This document shows, piece by piece, positions 38,101 to 50,492 of a DNA stretch of 64,000 nt. The notes below the pieces were generated by a model, which did not search any database, had not been told where the DNA came from, and was given only the letters and a program-made list of their open reading frames with translations. The stretch comes from Tubiluchus corallicola. Lineage: Eukaryota; Animalia; Priapulida. The stretch is from contig JAQGDQ010000099.1 of the NCBI GenBank assembly GCA_030141605.1, positions 265,194 through 329,193 on the forward strand, read 5' to 3'. How positions within the stretch are numbered: position 1 is the stretch's first letter; each line of letters opens with the position of its first letter. A program made the translations under genes and the position numbers.

Positions 38101-41100
38101 ATATCATTTTTGCTGGTAGTCACAACTTTGCTGCTATATTGATAGCCAATAATGCGATATGGCTAAAGAAGTGAATGTAGGAGGAAAGTATACGAAAAAA
38201 ACTGTTGCATCACATTTTCTTAGTTAGTAGTCAGTAGTCGCATTAAAATGTCTTATTTAATTAGGACTAGCAGTTAGTCTCTGTAGCCTGGTATATTCAA
38301 AATATCAAAATAAAAATTTATATCAAGAAATATAAAACTTATTCATTTTCTTTACATTGTTGCACAATATGATAATAATCTAATACTGTCCAAAAAACAG
38401 TAAAAAAACATAAAGGAAATGAATAAAATAAACAAACTTTACGCGGTTTTTATTTTTGATATTTTAGACTAGAGAGCTAGCTGCTGTTGCTAATGAATAT
38501 ATCTTGTGTTTGTAATATAAATGCCGCGCTTATTAAGCATCATTTACAAATATAAATTACAAAAAATTTTGATCGTGAATTTGAGCTCACGTGTGAAAGA
38601 GTTCAAGACTGTTCATAGACATGTACACAAGTTGGTGCAATTATTCTCCGAGTTACCCTCTTCACAGAAAACAATAAATTGATACGATGCTTTACCAGCA
38701 ATGGTGTAAAACAAAGTATTCCATCATGTCTTGCTTAGTATTGTATTTGATACAGTTAATATATGAACAGAAGCTAAGATGGTAGAGACTTGAGTCATTA
38801 GCTTGTACTTGAGTCACTCGAGCAGGTTTTTCTTAGAACCTGGACTCGTATTTCAGAAATGTGTCTTTTACTAAGAAGAAATGGAACAACATTCACAACA
38901 GAGACTGCCAAATATACCTTGTGAAGAAAGCTAGGCAATGGTTTACAGTGAAGGCTTAAATTTGGTGTAAATGATTTGCTGTAGTAAAGGTTTTGTAAAA
39001 GTGTCTCTGTTTCTGATGAAAAGTAAGTATCTATCATATTCTTAAACAATTCATTTGTCCGCATAGTGTACAACAACAACAATAATAATAATAATATTTG
39101 CAATCTACATTTTTCTTTATTAGTTCAGAAGAATGGTTTAACCACTAAGCAGTGGACTGACACGAACTTAAGACTTTTTAGGTACCCTTTTTACCCTCTG
39201 CATATGGAAGGTCGTGCAGCAAATACATAAATATTTTAGTACGCAGGTGAGAACAGGTGCTGGCAGGTTCAAAGCAAAATAGTATATGAGGCACTTTTGC
39301 ACCACAGCACAGTTAAGCAAGGGTTGACTGCAATTAACTGTCACAGTACTTTTTCATTTCATCCACACAAAAGAAGTATAATGAATTCAATACCGTCACA
39401 ACTGCACCGAGGGAGTGAGATGTTGATCCGGACTTTAATTTGTGCATCTGCATTTGTGTTGTCAACAAACAATTCACTGTGGCTGAAAAAATAACAATTA
39501 TGATATATTATGTAGCAAAATGCATATAAATTCATGTGATAACTTTGATGCAAATTACACAAATTATTAAAAAAATGTATTGTGATTCAATGTCACTATT
39601 GCCAAACACAGCAGACATAAACAATTCCTGAGCTACAATTTTTTAACAGAGATGCTGAAAATTACGCCGATGGAAACGTGTATAGTCAAAATGAACCAGC
39701 ATCATGGATATATATATGAATCATTAATATTTAGCACAAGCTTGACAGCCCACTGATAAAAACTGTGAGAAATAATTCAAGCTACAGCTGTAGAATGTAC
39801 TGTAGTTTAACTCCACAGTGTTAAAACAACAAAGAGTTTACCTCCGTGGTCACAGTCAGTGCAGTGAGCACAGCATTACCAGAGGAGCAGACTTGACCTT
39901 GACACAGGCACCTGCTGTTAGCAGCCAGCCAAAGGGGTCGAAAGCTCAATGTGTTTGTAATAATATATGTAGTAGCAAATTACGTTTTTGCTTGTAAGTT
40001 TCTGAAATGGCTTGCGGAAAATGTGGACTATAAAATGCAGCAGCATATTTTAAATCAAAAGCATGAACTGTTTTGCATTTCTGGTGGCTTACAATGCAAG
40101 CAATACAAAAGTATAAACAGAAATCAAACAGTTTGCTGAATTATTTTAGCATTCAGCAATCTTAAGATAGTTTGATAAATCTAATACACATATATATATT
40201 AGATTAAGCAACAACTTAATCTAGTTTTTATATTAAAGCCTGTAAACTTTAACTCAGCGTGTATCATGAGGTTAGCATCATGATATGTATCGTACCATGT
40301 TTTAGGTGTATCGTTACAGCCTTAATGGAAAAGGTACACAGTCTTTTTGGAAGCTACTACCTAATCAAGCTTTCCTTTGTGTACAACGATAGCATGCAGT
40401 GATGTAGCACTTTCAGTAGAAAAATAAACACAAAATTATTGCAAAACAAAACCGTTTTGTGTTTTCCACGTTCTACTAGGATTTTGCAGCACAAAGTTTT
40501 CTGGTCTGTAAGCAGTAGCAAATATCAGAGAATGATAGAGGTACACTTACACATCTGTTGAAAGAAAAGACCACAATTCAGAGACAAATAAAATTGCTAT
40601 AAAAAGAACACAAGTTATGGAGATTCCAGCTCCTGTTAACGTTGGCTGTGTCAAATCCTTGGGGATTTTGCGATAAATATCCAACCTAAAAAGGAATAAA
40701 AGGTTATAATTTTAGAATGCATCTGAAATGCATTCAGAATATTACGGTCTTTACGTAATAGAACTTTACGGTCATTTAAAGTTATAGTGCCATTGTATAA
40801 AGCATTGGTTCGGCCAAAGCTTGAATATACAGGGGCTGCCTAGTCACCGCAGTACATCACCGTAATTAACCAGCTTCAGCAGATTCAGAATCGCTGCCTT
40901 CGAATTATGACTGATGGACAAGCGGAAGACATTACCCCACTGTATAAGAGATGCAAAACTATATATCTTATTCGTTTTTTTCAAAATTCTGAATGAGCTG
41001 ACAATCTTGAGTAAAGATGACTTCTTCCTCCTGGCTCATCGCCACTATGATCTACGTGGGCATTCGGTGAAACTGTTCCAGGGTTTCTATAGCAGGTCAT

Positions 41101-41839
41101 TTTTTCACTGAAAGAGTTATTCCCTGCTGGAATGCCTTGGCAGATGAACTGATTAGTGCCCCAAATGTTTGTATTTTCAAAAGCAAATTGAGGGCTCAAC
41201 GTCAAAGTTAAGTGGGCAGCTGAGTTATTGAGTTTGAAAGGTCAATACTGATACTTTTATATGATAACAAGCTAAATTGCAGTGATGCTCATAATGATTT
41301 TCAGCTTCTGCAACAATCTTAAGTTGAATTTCAACTTTTGAATCTCAGTAAATAAATAGAAAGTAAATAATTTATTTGCCTCTAATATTTACAAAAAAAA
41401 ATAAAAGTAAAGGTTAAATAAAACAGAAAAGAGAAGGGGTGGTGAAAAGACCAATGGTTATCAGGTCAGCCACCTCTATGCATAACTAAAAAAAATTAAG
41501 TGCGACCTGACAAGTAGATGTAGACAACTAAATAATAATCAAATAATAATATCAGTTGTAATAATAATAATCAGTAAGGCAGTTGTGCAACCACTAGTTG
41601 TCTGTCCTAGTTCACTACTACTGCCACCAGATTTAAGGTATCGTAACTACAGACTCCTCCACTGAAGTCAATGCATGTTATATTAACACGTGGCAAAACT
41701 GGTTGGAACAGCTACAAGTTTATTGATCCACTGACAACAAAATAACTTCAGAAAGACAATCCACTGACTAAAAAATAAGCCACATATGACATGTACAAGT
41801 GATAGCAAATCAGCGTCACCTCTTAACGTCAAAGCCCAT
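31997..41839 (-). CDS. ERGIC1: ERGIC1 (ERGIC-32), 9 coding exons, 290 aa (gene span)
   Basis: Exons 41839-41820, 40685-40551, 39482-39394, 37683-37553, 36892-36788, 35720-35660, 34279-34179, 33631-33509, 32104-31997; total 873 nt, all GT-AG and in phase. Motifs MGFDVKRLDIYRKIPKDLTQPT, GLDIQDEGGRHEVG, NKVPGNFHVSTH, PAIWFRYDLNPITVKY, CAIVGGTFTVAGIIDS, ELGKLS. Confidence 0.95.
33206..33269 (-). repeat. tRNA-derived (SINE-head-like) remnant
   Basis: A-box-like TGGCTGAGTAG and B-box-like GGTTCGATGCC on the minus strand; no intact cloverleaf. Confidence 0.4.
33509..33631 (-). CDS. ERGIC1: ERGIC1 exon 8
   Basis: QFLAYGHGHVMMPAIWFRYDLNPITVKYTEKRQPFYSFLTT. Confidence 0.95.
34179..34279 (-). CDS. ERGIC1: ERGIC1 exon 7
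   Basis: LASHEYVMRIVPAIYENIGGRKKYSYQYSFAYR. Confidence 0.93.
35660..35720 (-). CDS. ERGIC1: ERGIC1 exon 6
   Basis: ETHVPGDFNPLGSTDKREAQ; phase 0 in, phase 1 out. Confidence 0.88.
36788..36892 (-). CDS. ERGIC1: ERGIC1 exon 5
   Basis: VPGNFHVSTHAASSQPEKPDMSHFIHELTFGDSIY. Confidence 0.95.
37553..37683 (-). CDS. ERGIC1: ERGIC1 exon 4
   Basis: VGLDIQDEGGRHEVGFIENT...GCNFFSNFLINK. Confidence 0.95.
37919..38008. repeat. Compound (CA)n/(CACG)n microsatellite
   Basis: Directly visible, with an internal duplicated block. Confidence 0.85.
39394..39482 (-). CDS. ERGIC1: ERGIC1 exon 3
   Basis: HSELFVDNTNADAQIKVRINISLPRCSCD. Confidence 0.93.
40551..40685 (-). CDS. ERGIC1: ERGIC1 exon 2 (first TM helix)
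   Basis: LDIYRKIPKDLTQPTLTGAGISITCVLFIAILFVSELWSFLSTD. Confidence 0.95.
40760..41230 (+). mobile_element. Decayed CR1/L2 LINE 3' fragment in ERGIC1 intron 1
   Basis: LVRPKLEY, QQIQNRCLR, LRGHSVKLF, RVIPCWNAL...SAPNVCIFKSKL, with stops and frameshifts. Confidence 0.75.
41820..41839 (-). CDS. ERGIC1: ERGIC1 exon 1 (MGFDVKR)
   Basis: ATG at 41839, GT donor, phase 2 joins exon 2 to give the conserved FDxRRxDIYRK-type start. Confidence 0.85.
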
Positions 41840-41929
41840 TTCAAAAAGTCTATTTCATTATAATAAATTAACTAAAAAAATTATCAAGGAGCGTTAATCA
41901 CTAACAACACTTCTTCGTTCCGTCTCAGT

Positions 41930-42290
41930 TACTACCCGGTGCAGCTACTGTAAAGTGCTGACCTCTAAGAGCAAAAAATAAAACTAAAACGGAAACTTCG
42001 GACCAATCCCAGGTTTCCTAGCGAATATTTTTAAAACTGTTTCTGATTGGCCGATTCCGTCATGTGTCTGAATGTTAACTTTATACGTTTGTGATTTCCT
42101 TAGATCCAGGTAAAATTTTATATTATCTTTCAGGTTATTTCATATTTATAATATATTTTTACGTTTGTCATTGTTTTCGTAAGCAGACTAAATCTTTAAT
42201 GATGTTAATTAAAGGGTAACTGTGCGTGTTTAACAGAAAGTAATTTGTTGGGTTCGTTTGTGTATCTCAAACTAACCTGGCAAAATGGCG
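41930..42290. promoter_or_regulatory. ERGIC1 promoter, possibly bidirectional with PKN
   Basis: CCAAT at 42003 and ATTGG at 42046 (opposite orientation), CGGAA ETS-like core near 41990, YY1-like AAAATGGCG at 42282-42290. Confidence 0.45.
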
Positions 42291-42625
42291 TCTTTATACA
42301 CCTGTAGGCTAATTATTTTTTGGGCATGCTATAATGCACGTTGCTCTTGCCTAGGCTGTGTAGATAAATTCATAAGCTTAACGAGATTTAATGTTTTGTT
42401 ATGTTTGTGTAACCATTTATGCCCTCTACTACTGGCACTAGCAAAACTAACGGCTTGTAACTATTGAATGTTTTAATATTGATGCTAGCCTATAATTGGC
42501 AGTGAACGCGCCACTTCCATTGCACTTTTATGTTCTTCACGGCTTTTACATTACTTGAGAGACGATTTCATAAGCTAATCACATGATGATTACAGAAATG
42601 TTTCCGTGCGTCATTAGTTCTAACA

Positions 42626-43360
42626 GGCGCTATTACACTTTCGCACCGCCTAGCTTTTCCTGGCCTATTGGTTCTTTTCACGCCTGCAGGCCAGAAAGCA
42701 GACCAACAGGCGTAATATACACCATATTTCCATAATATTATTGCTTATTACGCTTTATAATTCCAGATTAAAATCATACATTACTTACCGCCGGCATTAC
42801 GCAAAAAGCTCCACGTGCATAACTGTGTTTACACCACTAATGCGCAATCGCTCTCGCGCAGTGACGATGTGGCCCTTAACATGTATTTTTAGTTTCTTCG
42901 CATAATTTATGATTATTAGGGTTGCAGCCACGGGAGTTTGTATCGTATCGCGGGAAATTATTTTAGACCACTGCAGTTATTTATCATTAATTTTATTTAT
43001 TAGTATTAGTATTATTACTATTAGATTATAAAAAAGTAAAGGTTTTTTCTTTATTTCGTAAATGCGGTGAAGATGAAAGTGTGTCACGTGCTTTTAAGCT
43101 AGGCCCTGATAATGCATAAACTAGTACGAAATTCGTCACGTGACTACACACACAAACAAGATGGCGATACGCCCCGTATAGGTGTAGAACTGTGAATACA
43201 GCGTAATTATTGGTAATTATACCTATATATATGATTAAATTATAATTAGATTAGCGGAAACATTCACTGATGTCGTAAGAATAATAGAATGATGACGTAC
43301 GAGCCTAAAAACGAGTAATAACCTGGAAAAAGCTAGGCGGTGCGAAAGTGTAATAGCGCC
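42626..43360. mobile_element. Non-autonomous Mutator-like (MULE) element, 735 bp
   Basis: Perfect 33 bp TIR GGCGCTATTACACTTTCGCACCGCCTAGCTTTT; perfect 9 bp TSD GTTCTAACA at 42617-42625 and 43361-43369. Confidence 0.88.
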
Positions 43361-43399
43361 GTTCTAACACTAGGACAAAGAAGTTTATCAGACTGTCCC

Positions 43400-44140
43400 A
43401 AAAGCAGACGAAAAGGTCTAGAAAAAATAAGTTGACTGCATTATAGTATGATCATTCAATCTAGAGAAGACGTGGCTGATAAATCGATATTATGTGCTTG
43501 TTAAGTAAAGACAGAATCACAGAAGAATCTCTTCTGATTACAGTTTGCTTTATCAATCATGAAACTTTAAGTCATTAGACACAATCACGCCTAGGTCTTT
43601 AAAGCTGGAAATTTCACAGACTATTTTATCATTAATTGCATAATTATAACTAACATGACATCTCATATGTAACAGTGCACACTGAACATTTTAAACACAT
43701 TTTTAAACATGCATTTTATTTTTAAATTTTAATAACTCAGCAGAGGCCTCAGTTTGCATCAATTGCAACATACGTTCATGATTTAAGGCCGAACCTTATG
43801 ATATGGGACAACTGCGATAGGCATATGCTACAAATCGACCTCAGCAATGTTGAAAGATGGTGAGAAGAAGAATTATTAGAGCTCAAAAAGCAAGATCCAT
43901 CTTTTGCATATCTGTCCTAAATGTCAAACTTCTTGTTATCTTAAAAATGGGTCCATTGAAGCAAGAGCCATCTTTTGCGTATCCGTACTGAGCGTCAAAT
44001 TCCGTATTATCTTAAAAATGGACCTGTTGAAAATAAAAGATCTTGGCATCGTAGTAACAAACTACTTTTCAACAAATGCCTACATAAACAATATCATTCC
44101 ACAAGCAGGTCAACATTTCTGTATGATTGAAAGCTGAGAT
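43400..44140. mobile_element. Highly decayed CR1/L2 RT fragments on both strands
   Basis: FKDLGVIVSNDLKF on minus (~43560-43605) and KDLGIVVTN on plus (~44036-44062). Confidence 0.45.
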
Positions 44141-46882
44141 ACTAAGTGGATCTTCTGGTAATGTTTTCTGGACAGTATGGTAGAACTTTATGAGTAACAG
44201 ACAAGTTCCGTTCTCACATTGAGCTAGCGTGATAAGAACACTTTTGCAAATTGAAAAAAGCTTTTAACTGATGATAGTTCAATACAAAACTGTCGTGTCT
44301 GTTCAAGTTCACAGACATTGGCTTTTTGAGTTGATTTAATAACTTTGGGCATGTTATTATAACTTAGGCTACTGTAGCATGTCATCTGTGCTTGGTCGCA
44401 TTCTGCAGCATGTAGTTATTCGGAACATAAAGTTTTATGGTATATGACATGGTTTCTAAGATGCAGGATGACTTGAAAAAGAGGCTGATTGCCTTTTGGG
44501 CATTTTAGCTCAGGGCATTTACAGAGTTGAGCAGAGCTGTCCAGATGATGATCAAGCTGAATTTAAATTAATAACAGCTCATCATCGTCATCTCTGGATG
44601 ATGTAACTGCCACAAAGAACAAGCAGTAGCGTTCTGTGATCAGTCCTCAAGCCTTTTGTTGTATCTGCAGATAATCTTAATAATAAAAATTGAGAATTTT
44701 GGTTGAGGATGTATGTACTGGACCATCAGGAATGATGTTTGATTGCACTGACATCTTGATCAAGGTCACTGCATCTTGCAACTTTTAATTTAAAGCTCCG
44801 GATGTATTAAACAGAAAGTTCAAGTGATTGGAGTGCTCAGTTTATGACGCCTCAAAGCTGATAGATCTCGTTAAATGTCGGTCGTGCTTTATTATACTTT
44901 GAAGATCATTTATTGTTAACAAAAAGTTAGCCCAGTCATCATATGTTCACTGCTTTTTGAGATTTGTGAAACTGATTTTGCTCACCAGTTACATAAGAGC
45001 TAAAACTGAGAATTAAGAGCCACACGAGCAAGACTTTTTGAATGTGGTCATACTGCATTAGTCTGCATGGAAGTTTTGCGAATAAAAACGTTTATTGTAA
45101 TTAGTCTTATTACTGTGACACCGGTACAGTATCACAGTTTAACGTCTGCAAAACTGCAAAGTTCATCTTCGATCAAGTTAGTGTTATAATTATGGAGAAT
45201 CTTATAGAGAATCTTTTGATCTAACTGTTGTGGGAAGGAAGTCTTACAAAAAGTGCTCCTTGTTCGAATCCAGACTGCATCATCCTGTTTGTTTTTTTTT
45301 TGCAAATTATTTTCTATATTTTACTAACTTGAAGTGACAGTGGTAATATAAACCCGACATGCAAAATTTCTCGTCTTTTCATTAAAATTGAAACTAAGGA
45401 TTTTTCTATACTATAATTTTTTAAAGAAAAGTTTTCAGGCTGTATACAATGCCACACATTCAAAATTAATGAAAGTTATGAATTGAATATTAATTTATGG
45501 AGCAGTCTCTGTTTCACTTACTTAAAAACCATTAAATGTTGTTTCATTCTAATTCAAAGAAGAAACTACCTGAACATTCTAGGAATAAAATGCCAAAGAA
45601 AATATCAAATCAGGATATATGTAAGCAAGCAAGCAATTTATTGTCATTATAGCATAATACATACAATTAAATTTATGTGGTTTTTGTGTATAATAAAGTC
45701 AAAGCAAAAGAATGGATAGTAGAGACAAAAAGGGGAAGATAAAGATGAATAGGACATGATATACAACTACTAGACAACAGCCCTTTAAAATTAGCTTTCA
45801 GAAAAGCATGCAAGAGAGAAAAGAAACCACGGGGAAGACAGCTGCTGCTTATTTTGTCCAAAAAGATTTTACCATTAGACATTGAAAATACAGAGATAGG
45901 TGAAGCTGCGGCGGATAGGGCAGCTTGAATTAAAGTGATTGCATTTCACGTCAGAAGGGCGTATGACTCCAGAAATGGAAATGAATTGAGAAATCTTTGC
46001 CTTGGCAAAAGGTTTTAGCCATCCTTGTTTTGTTCTGTAACGTTTTAGAATCTACTCTACATTTGCTGCCTCCCTAATTAGTTTTGAATTTAAAATTAGC
46101 ACTTGAAGTGCATGTACGTCACACAATCACAATCAAGCCTGTACATCAAAAAGACAGTGAAATTTATGCATTGTTTCAAATTTTTATTTCAATGAAAAAT
46201 AAGACCGCAAATTGTTTCCAGTTTGCTAATATTTGAAAGCAATCAAATTATATAAGTATATGTTATGTATAATGTATTTGGCATGCATTTCTTCAATAGT
46301 GAAATACAACATTGATATGCAGTGAATGCTTGAATTCTTAGTTCATGGGTGGTTAAGCAGTATGGCAATTCATTCTAAAAGGTTCACAATGATTGCAAAA
46401 AATGCATAATAAATGTGACTAACCAGCTCCTTATGTAATTTTAAAGCTGATATTTACTATTTTGTTGGATAAATTGGAATGTTAAAGGAAAGGATAAGTT
46501 ACCTAGTATGATGGGTTTATTTTACCGTTATCACATAGAAGAATAAAGCTAAATTAAATTTGTGCTACTATTTTCGGGCATGGTTGTAGACAGCATTCAC
46601 TTGTAATTATGGTGTAGTTGGTGAAATTTATGATTTTTCACAAGTGTATTGTGGTTTCCGTAAATGCGCGTTGCTTGAATGACAAGAAAAGGGGTACCTG
46701 AAATAGGCTTAAGAAAAACCACCTTAAAGATTATATTACTTTATAGCAACTTTATGTGTATATCGTATTCGCATTGAAAGCATTTTTTGTTTTTGTTTTA
46801 AATCTCCTGCATAACTGTTCCAACTGCACCATTACATAATGTCATATATGCACAACGTAAATCAGGGGACGAAAACGAAATG

Positions 46883-47374
46883 TTAAACGAAATGTCCCTA
46901 AAAACTTTCCATGCAAAGTAATATTACTTAGCATTTCACTTACCTGCTGGAAAGACTTATGTTACTAGAAAAGAAAATTATTAATTATTCAAAATGTTTT
47001 TACCAATTGGTAAAGTGCCATTGACTTTCCTTCCGGGTGCACCACTCACTAACCAAAAAACGTGTTTTTAATCTCATTGACAAGGTACATTTAAAATTTA
47101 ACTTAGTTAGTGACGTGTGCCCTACGAATGCTCTGATTATTATTTCAAGATGAATTTTTTAACTAAGGAAAATCTTAAGTTGCTTTATAGCGTCAATAAC
47201 ATCACTAATGTGTTTTTTGGTGAGTGAGTGCCGCGCAGTGCCGTTTTATCAGATGGCGCGAATATTTTATATTAAGAATTTTCTTTTCTAAAATTGTACA
47301 TTTATAAGTCGTTCAAACAGCTAAGCGTAACACAAAGTATAATTGGGTTAGAAGTTTTTTGGGACATACTTTAA
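46883..47374. mobile_element. Fold-back MITE bounded by TTAA (Kolobok- or piggyBac-like)
   Basis: Left arm TTAAA..ATGTCCC.AAAAACTT...GACTTAT...TAGAAAAGAAAATT is the inverted complement of 47275-47374; inner inverted pair at ~47040 and ~47215. Confidence 0.55.
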
Positions 47375-48604
47375 AATAGCATTTGCATTCCTTTTAATAA
47401 TAAACTTAGTAAGTCATTTTTGTGATTTAAGTAGGCATATCTGACAGTGCTTCGTGGATCTATGATCACGTTGACAGTTCTATAAACAACTTATCCAGCT
47501 AGTATTATTTGAACAAGCTTCCTGTTATAGATTCACTTCCCGTTAGTTTACCTTTGGGAATTCTCTTACCCTAAGGCTTACAAAATAACCTGTCTTTTTA
47601 TTTGTGGTTTGTCCCACCCGCCACAGACGACCCCGTCTTTAATACATGCGCTTATTTTACTAGTCCTGTTGGTAATTAACAGTCGCTGAACTACTGTAGT
47701 CATAATTAGTCAAACAACGGGCACTTATAAGCGCCAAAATGTAACCTCTACCTAACAATTGCGCCATTATTTGCAAACCCGATGCAATTGTTGTGGAGTG
47801 GAACGTTGTCGTATGTTTAGAATTTTAAATTTTATGACTCTGCCGAGTTGACTGTGCGCGAATATTATGCCCAGTGGGCAATTTTTGGCTTTTGTTTGGA
47901 CTAAATGGCATGTGTTGAGGAGTTCAGTACACCACATGGAAGTTTAACAGACACACACACTGTCTTGCCCTGTGGAAAAGTTAGCAATTTAAAGTTCAGT
48001 ACTCTTGACTTGAGCACCGAACTTGGAGCTGGTGGCAGCCAGGAGCAAATTGTCTGTGTTTAGTGGTTTATGTTGTGCTCAAGTTTGTTTTTGCACACAG
48101 GGCAAATTTAACAACAACAACCGTGCGTCTAATCTAGGAGTTCTGAGCTTCTGTCCTTGATGTATGTCAACACTTGGATTGGTTTCGGCATTTCTTAACG
48201 GTGCAGCAACGTTTCCCAGAGCAATACTAGCGTCTGAAACCACTTGAAAATGACTGCAGTGTAAAAACGAATATCAGCTTATTATCTGCTGCCATTTCAT
48301 TTAGACTTTTGCTGCTGTTGTTGTTTTTTTTTTCGTTTAAACTGAACAGTTTTTTGGTGATGTTGTTGTTAATTAACCTGATCTGATAGTCTGTGTTTCT
48401 CACTAGTGAAATAATGGCTGTTCAGCAGCTTCTTAAGTGACTTCAGTGTGTGAATAATCATCCATCAAGAATGGCCTCGATCTGTTGCAGTTGTGCATGA
48501 TCGATAACTCGATTATTTTGTATTGCCATTGTTGTCGAACTTCTGCACTAGTTGCAGTTTGTGAATGTTGTCATCGTTGGTCATTACCACTTGATTTTGA
48601 CAAA

Positions 48605-48694
48605 ATGGATTTACTTTGTTTGGATCTAACACCTGAAACCAGGGCTTCATGGTTTAAACCATCTAGGCCTAGTATCGTGCAAGCATTTCTAACT
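48605..48694 (+). CDS. PKN: Candidate PKN first coding exon (MDLLCLDLTPETRASWFKPSRPSIVQAFLT)
   Basis: AAAATGG start context; strong donor GTGAGT at 48695 in phase 0, matching the phase-0 acceptor at 50189. Confidence 0.5.
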
Positions 48695-49351
48695 GTGAGT
48701 TTTAACTTTGTGCTAACTATAAAAACTAATAATTATTACTCCGTTTTCCCAAACAAACAAAACTTGTCTCTTATGTTTTCAATTACAATGCTTTACAGGA
48801 TTGTATTTGTGTTCAAGTAACATAGAAACTAGAAAACTAATTTAACCGGCCTTTCACTTGAAAAACAAAACTGCTATTATTTTTGTTTCGTATTTGTTCT
48901 TTTTGCCACCATTCTCTCCATTATGCCATTTAAGTGTTATTTGCTGTATTCTGCAAATTGACTAAGTAGCCTGAAGATATTGATGCATTCTGTGTCCATT
49001 TTTGCTTGTGTGGCTTGTTCATTACTTGCAAATAGGTCATCTAGACTATTTGTGCTGTCCATTCGATTATGACTCTAAATTGATTCTGTAGTTTGTGTGC
49101 CATACTGGGTATCTCACAAAAAGCCCCGGGTCATATTAGTAAAACTATTACATGTTATTAGTAACTGAAACTGTAACTTGCTGCTTACTGTACATATATA
49201 TATATATATTTATTTATAGAGGTTTTTTGCTAATAGATTGGCTTTCTGAACTTTGAGTGAAAATTTATTTTGCTTGTTAATGCTGGTTGTAATTGTATAA
49301 TGATTTTTTATCTCAGTTCAGGTAATGGTTTGTTGAAGTTAGATGTATATA

Positions 49352-49516
49352 TGGTCAAACCTTGTTATAACGTGCGCCCCTTTTATAATGCCAACCTCTC
49401 TTACCGCCCAAATTTTTAGCCAAACAAAATGTCTATGTTTGCATTGACATATGTGTATGCACCTCGTTATAATCCCAAACTCATTTTTTGCGAACCCAAA
49501 ATAGGCGGTTTGACTG
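49352..49516. mobile_element. Short Tc1/mariner (Tigger-like) MITE
   Basis: TA-(TG)GTCAAACC...GGTTTGACTG-TA ends, with repeated GTTATAA motifs. Confidence 0.55.
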
Positions 49517-50188
49517 TATATTGACTTTAATAATGCAACTCATTAAGTTTTATTGGCCAAGCTCTGTCAGATAAAACTGAGAGATTGCATTGTTTATGCA
49601 GCCTATTTATGTAGGCCTATACAATTAGGTTGTACATCTTGTTTTGTTTGCAATTTTGTTAGCACTTTTGTTTACTGTTTGAGATTACAGATTTTTCACA
49701 AACTAGGCACATTTAAGAATTGTATTTTTTATGATTTGAGAAATTCTTTTAAAATTTTATAATTGTATACATGAATGGTAGCCTTATGTACGGTTCCATA
49801 ATCTGTTGCTGCATGTATAGCATAATTATAATTAAGCTTAACTTCCCGGCAACATATTTTTAACTAGCTACATTTTGCAAAATTATGATCACCTGAAGAC
49901 CCAAAAGCTAATTAAAGCTATGTACGGCACAGGTGACATTTAATGAGCCCGTGTTTGTCATAATTATAATGAACAACTGACAACTGAAAACAGGAGTGTT
50001 GCTATTAGTAGACAATTTTGGTTATATATTTCTGTAAAGCATTTGATAGAAAATGCCTGATGAAATCAGAATGAATTAAAATTTATAGGTGTGCAATAGT
50101 TTATTTTGCTAGACAGAATGTGTTTAGCAAACAAAAATGGAGGTTGTTAAATAGACAAAGCTACAATTTCATTTTTTCCTCGTTTTAG

Positions 50189-50492
50189 ATGGAGTCTGGA
50201 CAGTTTCTGTTCAGCGACATTTCACAGCGCTACGGTCTGCCGCCTGATCTGTCTGATGCCTCAGTCCGTCAGAAGATTGGGGACATCCGTGAGCATCTTA
50301 AGAAAGAGATAAGAAAAGAGTACAAGATAAAAGAAGGTGCGGAAAATCTGAGGAAGGTTACGACCGACAAGAAACGCCTTGCTGACATAAGTGCCATCGT
50401 CCGCAAGGCCAACAATAAACTGTCGGCATTGCAAGATGACTTGCAAGAGTTGGATTCGCTTATCGTTGTGACGAATGATGCCAAAACCACGG
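50189..50492 (+). CDS. PKN: Protein kinase N (PKN/PRK) exon encoding the HR1a Rho-binding repeat; gene continues beyond the window
   Basis: KKEIRKEYKIKEGAENLRKVTTDKK...NNKLSALQDDLQEL matches the PKN HR1a signature; TTTTAG acceptor and GTAAGT donor (phase 1). Confidence 0.92.

Noticed and set aside
38268-38486. Small inverted-repeat element in ERGIC1 intron 3
   Set aside because: Arms are AT-rich and gapped with no TSD; possibly an old MITE but not supportable.
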